Below, in pieces: positions 30,085 to 44,603 of a stretch of 64,000 nt of DNA. The notes under the pieces were generated by a model. It was not told the origin of the DNA, ran no database searches, and was given only the letters and a program-made list of their open reading frames with translations. The stretch lies in the NCBI GenBank assembly GCA_951406725.2, contig OX597832.1, positions 63,984,001-64,048,000 on the forward strand. Direction: 5' to 3'. Made by a program: the position numbers and the translations under genes. Numbering within the stretch: position 1 is the first letter of the stretch; each line of letters starts with the position of its first letter. Source of the DNA: Octopus vulgaris (lineage: Eukaryota).

Positions 30085-30290
30085 TCGTCGGCTCCAGCTT
30101 CTATCCGAGCATTGGGTTGGCCAGTCTCCATCCAGTTTCCTCGGCTGATGTTTGTGCCGAAAGTGACTTTGGTGTCCAAGTCGGTGGTGAAAGAGTCGTG
30201 GGCAGAACTCGCACGGGACGGTCGGTGCAGGTCGAGGATGTTGAAGACACTCCTTTCTTCTCCTGCATTTTGCCTCCTCATTCTGTTGTC
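30085..30290 (-). mobile_element. 5'-truncated RTE-clade LINE 3' end (C-terminal C2H2 finger) with 9-bp TSD
   Basis: Translates EEAKCRRRKE..PAPTVPCEFCPRLFHHRLGHQSHFRHKH (Cx2Cx3Fx8Hx4H, typical of RTE ORF ends). Direct repeat tgtgtaata at 30076-30084 and 30291-30299. Confidence 0.75.
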
Positions 30291-30893
30291 TGTGTAATAA
30301 ACAGCAATCATATATCGTATAATCCGAAATATTGACCATATTCTAATTTAGTCAGTTGAACATACAGAGAACAGTGAAAACATAGAGACATGTCTTTCTC
30401 AAGGACACAATGCGCAGCCTGGGAATCGAACTCATGGCCTTACGACCGTAAGCTGTGTACCCGGACCTTTAAGCCACGCCGTTTCACTGACTAGGAGACC
30501 GTAAAATAGCTGCAACTTCCATACTGAGATAATAACAGATGGAAACTATTCTCCTAAGATATGAAATAATACACCACATTGTGAGAGAAAATCCTATTTA
30601 AGTTTCTATAAAATATATTTGGAGACACAACAATGAAGCAAAGTTAAATCATACACGCGGCTGGCCACCCAGTTTTAGGTCCTGAAGCCTCAGAAAGTGA
30701 AAATTCGAAAAATAGTCTGGAATTTGAGACTTATTAACCGACCACCAAAATGATACAATCATAAGCCTGACATAATTTTCCATGCGAAAAATTAAAAGTT
30801 TGCTACCAATAGCAAATGACTTTAACGCGGTACATATCTGGACGTCATCGGTTTTACAGCGCCATCAGGTCGGTGAATGTATTCAGTGGAGTG

Positions 30894-31191
<298 letters not shown>

Positions 31192-31354
31192 ACACATGGA
31201 TTCATATATGTATATATCTACGGACTCGTATTCATACATGTACACACACACATGTATATAATAAAATGGTCGTAATAATAATGAAAATTGTTGTACACAT
31301 TACTGCTCAGGTACACTACAACTCACAAGAAAAGTAGCCAAAAGCGCATGAATA

Positions 31355-31710
31355 GTGGCACTCCGTCGGTTTCGACGACGAGGGTTCCAGTTGATCCGAT
31401 CAACGGAACAGCCTGCTCGTGAAATTAGCGTGCAAGTGGCTGAGCACTCCACAGACACGTGTACCCCCTTAACGTACTTCTCAGGGAGATTCAGCGTGAC
31501 AAAGAGTCCCCTTTGAAATACAGGTACAACAGAAACTGGAGGAAAGAGTGAGAGAAAGTTGTGGTGAAAGAGTACAGCAGGGTTCGTGACCACCCCCTGC
31601 CGGAGCCTTGTGTAACTTTAGGTGTTTTCGCTCAATAAACACTCACAACGCCCTGGTCTGGGAATCGAAACCGCGATCCTACGACCGCGAGTCCGCTGCC
31701 CTAACTACTA
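31355..31710 (-). mobile_element. SINE with family C head and a different 3' module
   Basis: Head matches 23798-23970; the 3' part gctgaatctccctgag...gtgtctgtggagtgctcagccacttgcac is shared with 29075-29180. Confidence 0.88.
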
Positions 31711-31829
31711 TTCTACATAGAATAGAACGGAATAAGTCGTTAAGAAAAAAATGGAGTGGAACATGAGGTGTGCTGTTGGTGAATTTCAGGATGCATGGGA
31801 GTTTTAAAGGATCTTATGTTCCGACAACC

Positions 31830-32085
31830 AGTCTCTGATGCAGAGAGATTATTCCATGCTTCAGCAATTCTGAGTGATGTTTCTGTGATTCTAGGGAGGT
31901 TCGGGGTTGTTCACTGTCAGGCCCCTTTCTCCTAGACGACCCAGGCTGGAGTTGATCAAGTCCCTTCTTGCATCGTAGCAGCAGCAAGTCAGTCTGTCCC
32001 CTCATGCAAGGCTCCTCTGTAGCTTCAGTAATAGAATTTATGACCTTCCTCTTTACTACACCCGTAACCCCAAGCTCAGTCATAT
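31830..32085 (-). mobile_element. Decayed 3' end of a HERO-like (R2 group, RLE) non-LTR retrotransposon
   Basis: Peptide LGVTGVVKRKVINSITEATE resembles the HERO C-terminus, followed by gatcaactccagcctgggtcgtctagg...catcact, which resembles the HERO 3' UTR. Recognised from memory, not searched. Confidence 0.55.
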
Positions 32086-32852
32086 GACTTTAGCTCGGTA
32101 GAAAGATTAGGAATTTTCCTGAACTATCCATTTCATTAAAAAGCATTCGGACAAATAAGAAATGTGCCTATCGTTATCTTTATAATTACTGCAAATGCAA
32201 TGATTCGCAGCTATTTCTGTAAAGACATTACTAGATTACCTCTAAAGATGGCCATGTTCTAAGATCCATATAATAAAAATAAAAGTGATTCTACCGTTAA
32301 GTTTATTGTCAGAAAGGTGACAGAGGAGGAAGGTAATTATGAGGAAAAATTCCAAAATATGTGAAGAGCGGGTTTTCATTGTCATGGTTTGTTGAACTCA
32401 AAAAATGATTGAGACTATATTTTATCAATCAATGGATGGATAAGAGTGAAAAAGTTGACCTCGGATGGGATTTGAAGTTTGAGCTGCATAAAGGGATGAA
32501 ACTAAATACCGCAATGTATGTTGTTTGACACTCTGCCGTGTCTAAAACTCCGATGGAGACGAAGTAAAAGAAGGAAACTGTGCGGTCGCACAAACTGCTA
32601 GAAACACTAGCCAAACTTCTTTGCGAGTAACGAACCACCATCCTACAACAAAGGTTTCATCGGAAAATACAAAGATAAGTAAATAAATGGAATAAGAAAT
32701 GAACCCCCACGAAGCTGGGGATGGTCACAGTTTGAATATCTTCGATAGTTGGTTTATTCAATCAGCGTTGATCTGGGGACCAAACAACAACCATCTCAGA
32801 AAAATGCCGGCAACAGTTATTAAAAGATGCAGAAAAATGTATACTATACTAC

Positions 32853-32908
<56 letters not shown>

Positions 32909-33418
32909 CACACATGTATAATGTGTGTGTGTAAAGCAATTACTAAAAATATAATTCTGGAAGCATACAAAATGGCGGAATTTAGTAATAAAGGAGAAAA
33001 AGGCTATGAAAAGGCAAACTGCAGATAAACTATTTCATGTTCAGCCTAACCTTGTTAAACAATAAATCGAACCGATTTGTTGACATGGAAAGATTAGAGT
33101 GACACGGATCGCGTGACTATTTAATAGTTTAAAATAATTTACTGGCTTGTTGTTGCTGTTGTTGTTGTTAGTGATATTGTTTGATAGCCTGTCAAGTTTT
33201 CCCTTCATTCATTTTCCATCTGTCAGCTGATCTAAGAATCATCGGTAATATAACGTCTTCCATTACTATTTTACGACTTATGTATGTATCGACCTACCTG
33301 CCTGCCTACGTACCTACATACCTATCTATCTACATATCTACCTATCTACTTATCTATCTATCCACATTGTATTACTGTTTTACGGCTTGTATACACACAC
33401 ACACACATATATATATAT

Positions 33419-33490
<72 letters not shown>

Positions 33491-33636
33491 ATATATATGC
33501 ATATATATAGTGCATGAGTTGTAAATTGGTAAAGCAATGTAATAAACACACATTTATGAATACATACATGTACGAGTCGAAAATTATACATACACACGCA
33601 ATAAATACTTACACACATGCACCTTCCACATAAGCA

Positions 33637-33713
<77 letters not shown>

Positions 33714-33818
33714 ATATAGACACAAACATATATACTGAAGTTTGGAGACAGATAATTTTACCTAAAATTACTTTCTTTTCCCTTTTTCCAATATACATAA
33801 TCATAATGTGTGTGTGTC

Positions 33819-33856
<38 letters not shown>

Positions 33857-33960
33857 AGCATGTGAATATATACACTGACATTTATCATATGTAAGCCTGT
33901 ATGTTTGTGTATGAATGCCTATTTATCTATGTCTACCTATTTATCTATGTCAGTCTCTCT

Positions 33961-34000
<40 letters not shown>

Positions 34001-34801
34001 TACTCTGTGTGTATATATATATATATCCAAAAGGATTTTTTTCAATCCAATATTTCGATGCTATCGTTTACAACTTTATGAGCTTCGAGACCTATTGTGT
34101 TTTTTTAAAAAAGAATTATTTATCTGAGTCAATGATGCTGGTCCTCGAGGACGAATATATTTGAAACACTTGAAGCAATAACGATATATGCTTGTCTATG
34201 TCCCATCATCTAGCTACCCCTCTCTCCATTTATCTCTCTCTTTATCTCCCCATTTCACAGGTCCAGTGATAATAACTCGTATCATCGGGCAGCCTTTCGC
34301 TGCTACGAAACATCTATTAAACATATCCACTGTATCTAACATGTGTAGTCATTTAGCATTTCAAGTACTCCCAGCTCCATACCGCGCGCGTGCACGTACA
34401 CACAGTTACTTTTATTGAAGAAAAGAGAAGTCAAATCAATGTTATGTATGTTTCCATGAACAAACGTTGTTTATTCAGTATTATATACGAAATTATGCAA
34501 CTGATGCCAAAATAAAATCCTTCAGATGTTTTGATTTGAATCAATATCACCTCTTTGATTTGACTTCTTTATTTCCTGAATTTATTATTTATTATTTACT
34601 TTATTATTTACTGAATTAAAATAATTATTATAAGATTACAACATACCTACTGGATATACATAACTTGGATTGGCGAAGTGCATCTTATGTAATGAATCGA
34701 GGTATAACTAATTATCATTCGGTTATTTGGACACTATGCTAACAAAGTTCCTGAATGAAATGCTGAGTAGGTGATCGCCTGGATCATACTTATCCCCTCA
34801 A

Positions 34802-34835
<34 letters not shown>

Positions 34836-34872
34836 CTGCTAGAGCAACAGGTCCGGTTACAAAGATGCATCT

Positions 34873-34946
<74 letters not shown>

Positions 34947-35601
34947 GTGTGTATGTATATGTATGTATAAATGTAAAGTTGTAGCCGAACTTCTTGCTCT
35001 AGCTGTTAGTCTGTCATCGTTGTATATCTCTCTATGTGAATCAATTTGTCTTTCCATCTACAGGTCTAATATTTGTGAAAACCCCGTTCGATATGACTTT
35101 CCTTTTTATTCACCTTTTGTCTAGAAATACAGCAATATGCAGAAAAAGGGGTTCGATCGAATGTCAAACCTCACAGTGCAAAAGAGTAAAAATATAAGCT
35201 ACGTGCCATCATCATCCTCATCCACCTCCACTATCACTATACTCTTCGTCAGCATCAGCATCCTCATCACGACCATCAACATCATGTATGATATGGTAAT
35301 TTGATGAGTTACTCGTTGTCATCAACTTCGTCACCATCATCATCATGGTACGTCTTTTTCTGCGTGTGTGTGTGTTTGTGTGCTTATGTGCATACGAGCG
35401 TGTGTGTGTCTGTTATTGTTTGCATTTTAATTACAATAGTTACAGTATGCGCCCGACATATTGGCAGCATATCATAACATATATTCGATTATATTGAGGT
35501 GTGAGATGATGGTGGCGCAAGCTTATATGTGATTATATATATATATATACGTTATCATATATGTGATTATATATATGTATGTGATTATATATATATATAC
35601 G

Positions 35602-35664
<63 letters not shown>

Positions 35665-37396
35665 ATAATATATATATATATATAGTGACGTGTGTGTACA
35701 TATATACATATGTACACACACGCACACATACACACCACACACACACACACACAAAATTTATAAACATATCAGGTCATGAGTACTGTCAGTTTCAAACCTG
35801 TTTTTGACACATGAACATCCACAACGACAACAACTCCATACTGACATACATGACACTGTCTCTAGCTACACTGTTTATTATCATATAAGAGAAGACGTGA
35901 ATGTCAAGGAAAGATAGATAGATAGATAGATAGATACATAGATAGAGAGAGAGAGAGAGGGCTAAGAGAGCTAGAGATAGTATGAGAGCAAGCAAAAGAA
36001 AGCATGAAAAAATAACAGAGGATAGCATAAGAATGCGCGAGAGAGACGCCATGAGCGAGAGAAGGATGGAGAGAGAAATAAATAAATAGAGAGAACGAAA
36101 CATCGATCAGAAACCCCCTGGAATTGATATGGAAAGACACACTTGCAGACGAGACGAAATGTTTGCGGGTATTTCAGCAAAGTCAGAAATGATGTTTATC
36201 TCTAGAAATATGGCGGCCGCTAAAATATATTCCAGTTTACTTTAACATTATGTTTCAAAAATAATTTCAAATTTATTTTCTCTGTCTCAAGTCTATCTCG
36301 TCCACTCCACTCCCCACAACACTCTCTCTCCCCGTCTTTCTCGCTTTCTCCCCACCTTCTCTCTCCTCTCTCTCTCTTTGTGTTTTGCATATTAAATGCA
36401 CTTACAGTACTTAAAAAAACAACTCTTTTCTGTAGTCTTTGATTTATTTCTTATTTTACTTGTTTCAGTCGTTCGACTGCGGCCATACTGGAGTATCACA
36501 TTCAAGTGATTAGTCGAATCAAGTCGACCGTGGTACATATTTTTAAGTCTGGTACTTACTCTGTCGGTATATTTTGCTGAATCACTAAGTTACAGAGACG
36601 TAAATAGAACAACACCGGTTGCCAAGCGTATACCATTACAGACACACACACACACATACGTTACACTCACACACATACCGTTACAATCACACACACACAC
36701 ACACACATATATAGAAATACATAAATCCGGAGGAGAAGCACACTCTAGCATGTAGAGCAGTTGATATCATAACGAGGGTGGCCGATTTATGGAGTTACCC
36801 TGGGTTTCTCGCTCATAAGGAGTTTGGCCTTACGGCGCAGTGCCACGAGCTAGGGTTGAACCATGTGATTGCGAAGCGAACTTCTGAAATGCATATCTAT
36901 GACTACACCTATGTTTGTTTTCCTTTTTTCCCGCCTTTAATTTTTTGCTTTTTTCCTACATGGAAAGAGTTGGCTCCCGACAAAGAAACAAAGGTAGATC
37001 TTTCAAATTTGAGTAAGGAAAATAAAAAGAACAAAAGAAATACCCCGTAAACATTGAACCCTAAATCTCGTAGTTTTACACTGTTCCCCTTACAGATTTC
37101 ATTTAGTCGGTCTGTTTCTTTTGTCTGAACTCCCTAGATATTTGAAATCTCTCTGACAAATGTACTTTCATAACCGCATGAATCGTAACGATTTGCATAA
37201 TTTATAACCAAGGTAGAGAAATAGCAGGTTTTGAAGCAGCTGTCCCAAAATATTCTCTTTCTCGCTGATTTTAGAAAGATATGTTCACATTTGCAGTGAC
37301 GCAGCCTACCTTTATCAATGCTCATAACGTTTCTTATCTCTTTTAAAGAAATATTATATTAGGCCTCTTGTGTTTTCAGTTAGTATTAGTTTCGTA

Positions 37397-37442
<46 letters not shown>

Positions 37443-37879
37443 CATACATACATAAGCATGTATGTATGAATGTTCTTGTATGGATGCATATATGTATGCA
37501 CATTTTCGTATGCATTTTATACCCACAGAAGTATCATGAATGTGTCTGTTTTTGTCTTACGACATATGCATCTACCTACGTGTAATTTTGTATTGACCAC
37601 ACACTAAATATTTAGAATATTTTACACATTTTCATGGTTCCATTAATTGCTTGTCATTGCAATTCTTTGATTAGCTGTTCTTTCTGGTTCTTGTATTCTT
37701 ATAAAGTCCAGCTTCTCCAGGTGCGAGAATGGCACTGAGGCAGTTAGTAACATAATCGAGTATCCCTAATATATTACAGGTATCATCTCATTTTATTTTA
37801 ATACAGAATACTGCAAGGCATTTTTACGGATGCTCAAACGATTCTGACAGATTTCCAGCCAACAATGCTGGTATAACCC

Positions 37880-38392
37880 TTTCTACTAAGGCACAAGACT
37901 TGAAATAGGGGAGGGAGGTAGGGAGGGGGGACTAGTCGATTACATCGACCCAAGTGTTTCACTTGTACTTAATTTATCGACCTCGAAAAGATGAAAGGCA
38001 AAGTTGACTTCGGCGGAATTTGAACTCAGAACATAGTGAAGGGCGAAATACCGCTAGGCATTTCGTCCGGCGCGCTAACCATTCTGCCAGCTTTCCAACC
38101 TACAATGCTGGTATAATAATGAAATACAATAAATCCTTTCTACGATCGGTAAAAACCCCGAAATTTGAGAGGAGGGGGTCTACTATGCTATAGTCACAAT
38201 GCCTGAAATTTGTGGGGAGGGGACAAGTCGATTACTTCGACCCCAGCACTTGACTGGTACTTATTTTATCGGCCCCGAAAGGAAGAAAGTTAAAGTCGAC
38301 CCCGGCAGAATTTGATCTCAGAACGTAAGGCTGAAAGAAATTCTGTTAAACATTTTGTTCGACGCTCTAACGATGCGGCCAGTTCGCTGCCT
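37880..38392 (-). mobile_element. Tandem family A SINE copies
   Basis: Two cores: gatgaaaggcaaagttgacttcggcggaatttgaactc (~37990) and gaagaaagttaaagtcgaccccggcagaatttg (~38282). Confidence 0.9.
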
Positions 38393-39314
38393 CAACAACA
38401 GGAACAATAATGGTAAGCGTTTGTGATATAGGTAAAACGCCCCACGTTTTGTGGGAGGGGGTGATGGTGGTGATGTTGATGATAGTGTTACTGCTGCTTT
38501 TGATGATGATGGTGATGACGGCAGTGCTAGTTATGACGTCAGTGGTGATGATGATGTTTTGCGTAATTGTGGTGGTGACGATGATGTATCAGCAAGGGAA
38601 ATATTTAGATATGATAAGAACGCAGTCACACACACACACACACACACATACATACACACTCATACACATACACGCGCACATACACACACACACTCATACA
38701 CACACATGCACACATTCTCATATACACATACACACATATACATATTCAAATAAATACACGCACGCACACACACACACATACACACACTCATGCACACACA
38801 CATACACGCATACACATACATGCACATACACGCACATACATACACACTCATAAACACACATACTCATACACACATACACATTTTAAAGTGAGCCACTCAC
38901 CTTATGTGTACCCCTAGAAACACTTGTGTATACACAGGAATTATGTGTATATTGATGTGTGTATACTCAGAAAGAACTGTACATACAAGAATATATACAC
39001 ACCTTCATACCTACATTTATACATATTTTCACAGAGATAAAAAAACACACACACGCATACACACATGTGCGTATATATATTTAATGTGCTTGTATAAACA
39101 TGTATGCGAATGATATGTCGTTATATATATCGGTGTGTGTAAGCGCACCTGCATTTGCATGCACATGAATACGTACACACACACGTGCACACACACGTAT
39201 ATTCGAATCATGCAGTCATATATTAATGTATGTATACTCACATAAATGTGCACATAGGAATACCCTCAGAATACTCGATTTCATATACCCATAAATCATC
39301 ATACGATATTTAGG

Positions 39315-39748
39315 AGCAATATATTTTAAAAAAAACAGCATAAAATCCATACAGTTTACACTTTGTGTTCAACAGCTGTTTCAGTAAGATAAACATCATT
39401 AAATGTATAATTACACAACTGTGGTAAGTAATTAAATTAAATTAATTCAAAAGCTGTGTCCATCCAAATCATCAAGGGTATTATGTGTTATGTTAATCAG
39501 AAATATTGTTGTACAACCTGATGCATTGAAACATGTAACTGTTTTCTGATTAACATAACATAAAATTACTGACGATATGGGTAAACACAGCTTTTAAATT
39601 GAATTAATTCAAATTCATTATGTATCCCATTTATATAATTAAATATTTAATAATGTTTATATCTTAATGGGTCAGCTGTTAAGCATAAATAAAGTATGAA
39701 CTGTATGTGAAACTTATGCTTTTCGGCTTTTATTTTAAATATGTTGGT
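39315..39748. repeat. Large decayed fold-back element (~190-bp arms)
   Basis: catacagtt...aacagctg...aaaagctgtgt...tgttatgttaatcagaaa pairs with tttctgattaacataaca...acacagctttt...cagctgtt...aactgtatg. Confidence 0.8.
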
Positions 39749-39767
39749 ATTAAAGACAGTTCAGCAC

Positions 39768-39843
<76 letters not shown>

Positions 39844-39855
39844 AGTATGTCCCAC

Positions 39856-39896
39856 CTGGATTTACTGCAATATGATAACGTATTAGATTTAACGAC
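39856..39896 (-). CDS. Candidate juxtamembrane cytoplasmic exon of the cadherin gene
   Basis: cactttacaacag|GTCGTTAAAT...AATCCAG|gtggga; 41 nt, open in the required phase 2, giving (R)SLNLIRYHIAVNP, and exits in phase 1. Supported by splice signals and phase only. Confidence 0.4.
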
Positions 39897-40320
39897 CTGT
39901 TGTAAAGTGACATCCTAAGTACCGTGGATTTATTTTTTGGTGTTTGTTCATCAATTCTGTATATGGCTCTAAACACAAATGTTAAGGTTATTGAAAGTGT
40001 AACAGTCGATCACAAGAAGGTTGGTTCGACGCGCGCAAATACAGAATATGTTTTTTTTTTAAATATAGTAAACACAGAATCCCAACACAGCACAAAACAC
40101 CGCTCCATGCAAACACATTACTCAAACCCTAAAAAAAACAAAAAACAAAAATAAAACGAAACACCTCAAACACACTGAACATGCGTATAAAAACACTGTC
40201 AAGAAACCCAACAATAAGAAACCAAGCAAAAAAACCAGTCCGCGCATGCTCTAATGCTGAACAATGTCAAAGTAACTTTTCACCAATAATTTAGCGGCCA
40301 TTTTAAAGTTCTGTACGTAC

Positions 40321-40599
40321 CGTCTTGCGATGTAAACGCTCAAAAGTATGACAAGTATGACAAAGAGGGTTAAGAAGACACCCAATACTATGAGGAGGGT
40401 GTCGGTTTTGCTGAGACTACTGCCAGTGGCGGGTTCGGCCACAACCAGGGCTGGGAAATTGACGGTAACATTGACCAGCGTCCGACGGGGCGGATGGCCA
40501 CCGTCGTCAACGATTATCATCAACTGGTAGGAACTCTTTTTTAACTCGCTTGGGTCAGCGATTATTTTGATCTCTCCATCTCCTGTGACTTGGAAATAT
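40321..40599 (-). CDS. Cadherin-superfamily gene, exon with the rest of the last EC repeat plus the transmembrane helix
   Basis: cttactttcag|ATATTTCCAAGTC...GCAAGACG|gtacgt; 279 nt, phase 2-2. The junction CA|A gives Gln. Translates YFQVTGDGEIKIIADPSELKKSSYQLMIIVDDGGHPPRRTLVNVTVNFP...LLIVLGVFLTLFVILVILLSVYIARR (F-x-V..GEI, YxL.I.V.DxGxPP, hydrophobic TM, basic stop-transfer residues). Confidence 0.95.
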
Positions 40600-40699
40600 C
40601 TGAAAGTAAGAAAACGGAATAATGTGAAAGAAAACAACAAAATATGTGCAAGAAATTAATGAAGAAAACTGACAGCAAAATGGCATTTGTTAAAACATC

Positions 40700-41015
40700 T
40701 AGGGTCTTGTGACATTCATTCCGGGTACCTCTACCTTGTGTTCAAAACCCACCGTAATCAGATTTGCCTTTTTATCCTTTTCGGGGTTGATAAAGGAGTA
40801 CCTCTCCGAGGCAGTGGATTGGCAGTACTGTAAGAACGTAGGAATGGAAGCTTTGTGGTGTTTGTTCCGGCTCTTTATAATCTGAGTTCAAATCTCACCG
40901 TAGTCCATTCTGCTTTTGGTCCGAAGATAAAATAACGTAACCTGTCAAGTGTCCACTACATCCTCCTATCAAATATGGCCTGTCACAAAGCATTCTTCTT
41001 CTTCTTCTTCTTCTT

Positions 41016-41046
<31 letters not shown>

Positions 41047-41480
41047 TCCTCCTCCTCCTCCTCCTCCTCCTCCTCCTCCTCCTCCTTCTTCTTCTTCTTC
41101 TTCTTCTTCTTCTTCTTCTTCTTCTTCTTCTCATTATTATAAGGTGGCAATCTGGCAGAATCGTTAGCACGCCGGGCAAAAATGCACAGCTGCATTTCGT
41201 CCGTCTCTACGTTCTGAGTTCAAATTCCACCGAGGTCGACTTTCATCCTTTTGGGGTCGATAAATTAAGTACCAGTTGTGTACAGGTATCGATATAACCG
41301 ACTTAAACCATACCCCCAAAATTTCAGGCCTTGTGCCTTTAGTAGAAAAGAAGGCAGCGAGCTGGCAGAATCGTTTAGCGGCACTTCATCTGTCTTTATG
41401 TTCTGGTCTCAGTTTCTACCGTGGTCGATGTGATCAACTTATTCCACCCCCAAATTTTAGACTTTCTGCCTGCAATAAAA
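40700..41480 (+). mobile_element. Cluster of family A SINE copies (best copy 41143-41350)
   Basis: ggcagaatcgttagcacgccgggc...gagttcaaattccaccgaggtcgactttcatccttttggggtcgataaattaagtaccag. Confidence 0.9.
40993..41130. repeat. Compound (TTC)n(TCC)n(TTC)n polypyrimidine tract
   Basis: Directly visible; one A interruption at 41046. Confidence 0.98.
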
Positions 41481-41675
41481 AAGATTATTATTAACCTCCT
41501 AATCAGTGATTTACCACTGAAAACTGTTATGAGCTTGTATGTGTTTGTATTATTTATATGACAAAAACACATGTTCATTTATTTTCACTTCTTCCCTACG
41601 GCTTTATTAAAATCGAGTATCTTTAACTCTTGCAGTTTTCTCTTATCTGTCTAGGAGAGAAAGACGGGGAGATAA

Positions 41676-41716
<41 letters not shown>

Positions 41717-41986
41717 GGAGAGAGAGAGAGAGGGAGAAAGAGAGGGAGAGAGATGTGTCATCTAATTCAATGAAATGATATATGGCTGTGATATTAAGCA
41801 ATATCTCAGCAATATATCTTTAAGATTGCAATTAAATATTCTGAAATCTCCAATCAAAATTTGAACATAAGAAACTCCATCAGAGCAACGAGTCAAAGGT
41901 GAAGACAGAGGGAGAAATAAAAACTTTATGAGTTGAGCTGAGAGAAGAACGAAAGAGACACACAAGACATATACGCACACCACATA

Positions 41987-42024
<38 letters not shown>

Positions 42025-42135
42025 TCATATCTGTATATATATAGATAAGCACACACACATTCTATACACACATATACATACAGACACGTGTATATACATA
42101 TACATATATATACATATACACACATATATATACAT

Positions 42136-42195
<60 letters not shown>

Positions 42196-42523
42196 GTGTG
42201 TGTGTGTATATGTATATATATATGTTTGCATATCACTATATACTACACAGATGTCTGTATATATCCATATTTGCCTATATATATAAATTTTCATGTTTTG
42301 GGTTCCAGTTTTCTTATTTCTCATAGCAAACTTGCACACACTCGCTTGCGCGCACCTTATGTATGTATGTATGTATGTATGTATGTATGTATGTATGTAT
42401 GTATGTATGTATCTGTCAATCTATTTATCTGTCTGTCTGTCTATCTATTTATCTGTCTGTCTATGTGTTTATCCATCCCTCTATCTATCTAGTTATCTAT
42501 TTGTCTGCCTGCCTATCTGTCCG

Positions 42524-42631
<108 letters not shown>

Positions 42632-44172
42632 CATATGTCCTAAACAAAAATCTGGATATACTGATAAAGAAACAAAAAGACACAATAGGTTACACAAGTA
42701 AAAATATCAATGATATAAATGTTACACATATATGGCATCCCTTTGTCCTTAAAACAGTTGCAATGAGTTCAAGTGTACTTCCGATCAAGGTTTTGCAGCA
42801 GTAATCTGTGGGTATTTTCGCGTCTAAATATGCACTACCTTCTCTGTTAAATCCGAAACTGGTTAACATTATAAGGCTCCAGTTTTATTATCTCATATTA
42901 TGCATTTGCTACATAGTTGGGGTAAGGAGATTTTCCTGGCTATGCACCTTTGCCGTCTCCTATGCAGAAACGACCCACCCCATATCATAATGGCTGGGCA
43001 TTATAAATGTATACCAAAGTTTGTAACTTTTGTTTGACGGACAACAGACGAAAGGAATAATAGATGCAAATCATTTAATGGATGTTTAGTCAGAAACATG
43101 ACTCAAAAGCAGTCCTCTTTATTCTAATTTTTATAATCCTTACAAAATTACAGACGACCATGTGATTGCTTTGGATTTATTTTTAGCGAGATGTTTGGTA
43201 AGCAAATTGCTGCCCCTCTGTAATGAACGTTTTATTATGTTTAATGTAACATTTCGTTGATGCTGGCAACTGTATATTGTATAGAATTGCTAAATTCATA
43301 ATGAAATGCAACACGAAGACGATGAATAATAAGATCAATTTGAAGACCTGAGGTACGAGTTCTGTTCGTCCATCCATTTTTTGCCGCTCGCTATTCCTGG
43401 TTGTAATGTTTGGGTCCAATCAGATGCAGCTGTTATTTACACTTCTAGATTCCCAAGCGTATCCCCAGCTGAGACAATGGAAATTATCTAACTATCTTAT
43501 TCTTGATCTACCCCCTAAGCCGAACTAAAAAAACAACAAAAATAAACAAAATACATAACCCTAAAAATCCGCCCAATCATTTCATTTAGATACTCAACAG
43601 GACAAACAAAAAATACACCCACCAAAAAACAAAACTGTCTCCATTCCTCACAGCAAATTGTAACTTAATCTGCTGATGTACTTGGCTTAAAGAATCTGTT
43701 TTCTAATCTTTTCCTGCGGCATTCTAGTCACATTGCTTATAATAACAATCTACCATTTTTTTTTTAACTATTTGTCTGACAGAAGGAAACAATGCCCTCT
43801 GGTGAGTCCCGACAAATAGAATTGGTTGACTTGATGTCTTCGGAAACGTGAATCCATTGTCACGCAAGCAATAATAATTTGTACCGACTTTTTTTTTCTT
43901 CTTGGAAATGACAATTCCATCTACTTAGTAAAATATTGCCGTGTTTTGCAGTATCTGAATTGTCAAACACAAGACGAAATTATGAAATAATATTTCACCA
44001 TTCATATATCATAGTATATAATATTAATTAGATTTGTAACTTGAAAATATCCTGTAGATAATTAAATTTTGTCATAACAAAACGTATTTAGAAAAATATA
44101 AAACTTCATTTTTGTATCTAGACCTTTTGACAAGGAATTTGTTGGCGTGTGTGGGAGTATTTGGGTAAGTTT

Positions 44173-44211
<39 letters not shown>

Positions 44212-44603
44212 ACAAATATAGATATAGACATATACACACATATATGCATGAATACATGTATACACGTGCATTTCTGTACATATATATTCACATACACACG
44301 TACACATATATACATACACACATGTATATGCATAGACACATGCATATACTCATATATACATATATACACGAAGATTTAGAAGAGCAGAAATGACAGTGAA
44401 TCGGAATGCAGAGTAAAATATTTTATTAATATATAGAGCGTCTAGCAATTGTACAAAGGTTTCAAAAATCGATAGATACGTTTCTATTGGTTTCTCATCC
44501 GGTAGAATCATATCTAACAATTTTGAAATGTCGGTGTATATGTGTGTGTATGTATATATATAAATATATGAAGTAAATGAATAAGAATGGAGTCTTTTCA
44601 ATT

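Noticed and set aside
29964-30311. Alternative frame (…DLDTKVTFGTNISRG…) as a cadherin tail exon
   Set aside because: The segment is bounded by a TSD and the other frame encodes an RTE zinc finger, so this frame is incidental.
43183-43419. 78-aa minus-strand ORF with a hydrophobic stretch
   Set aside because: The flanking cadherin exons already join in phase into a continuous EC domain, and there is no supporting motif.
43783-43801. Plus-strand micro-exon-like signal (ctgacag|...|gtgagt); similar at about 17588-17615
   Set aside because: Isolated, with no coherent plus-strand gene; expected by chance.
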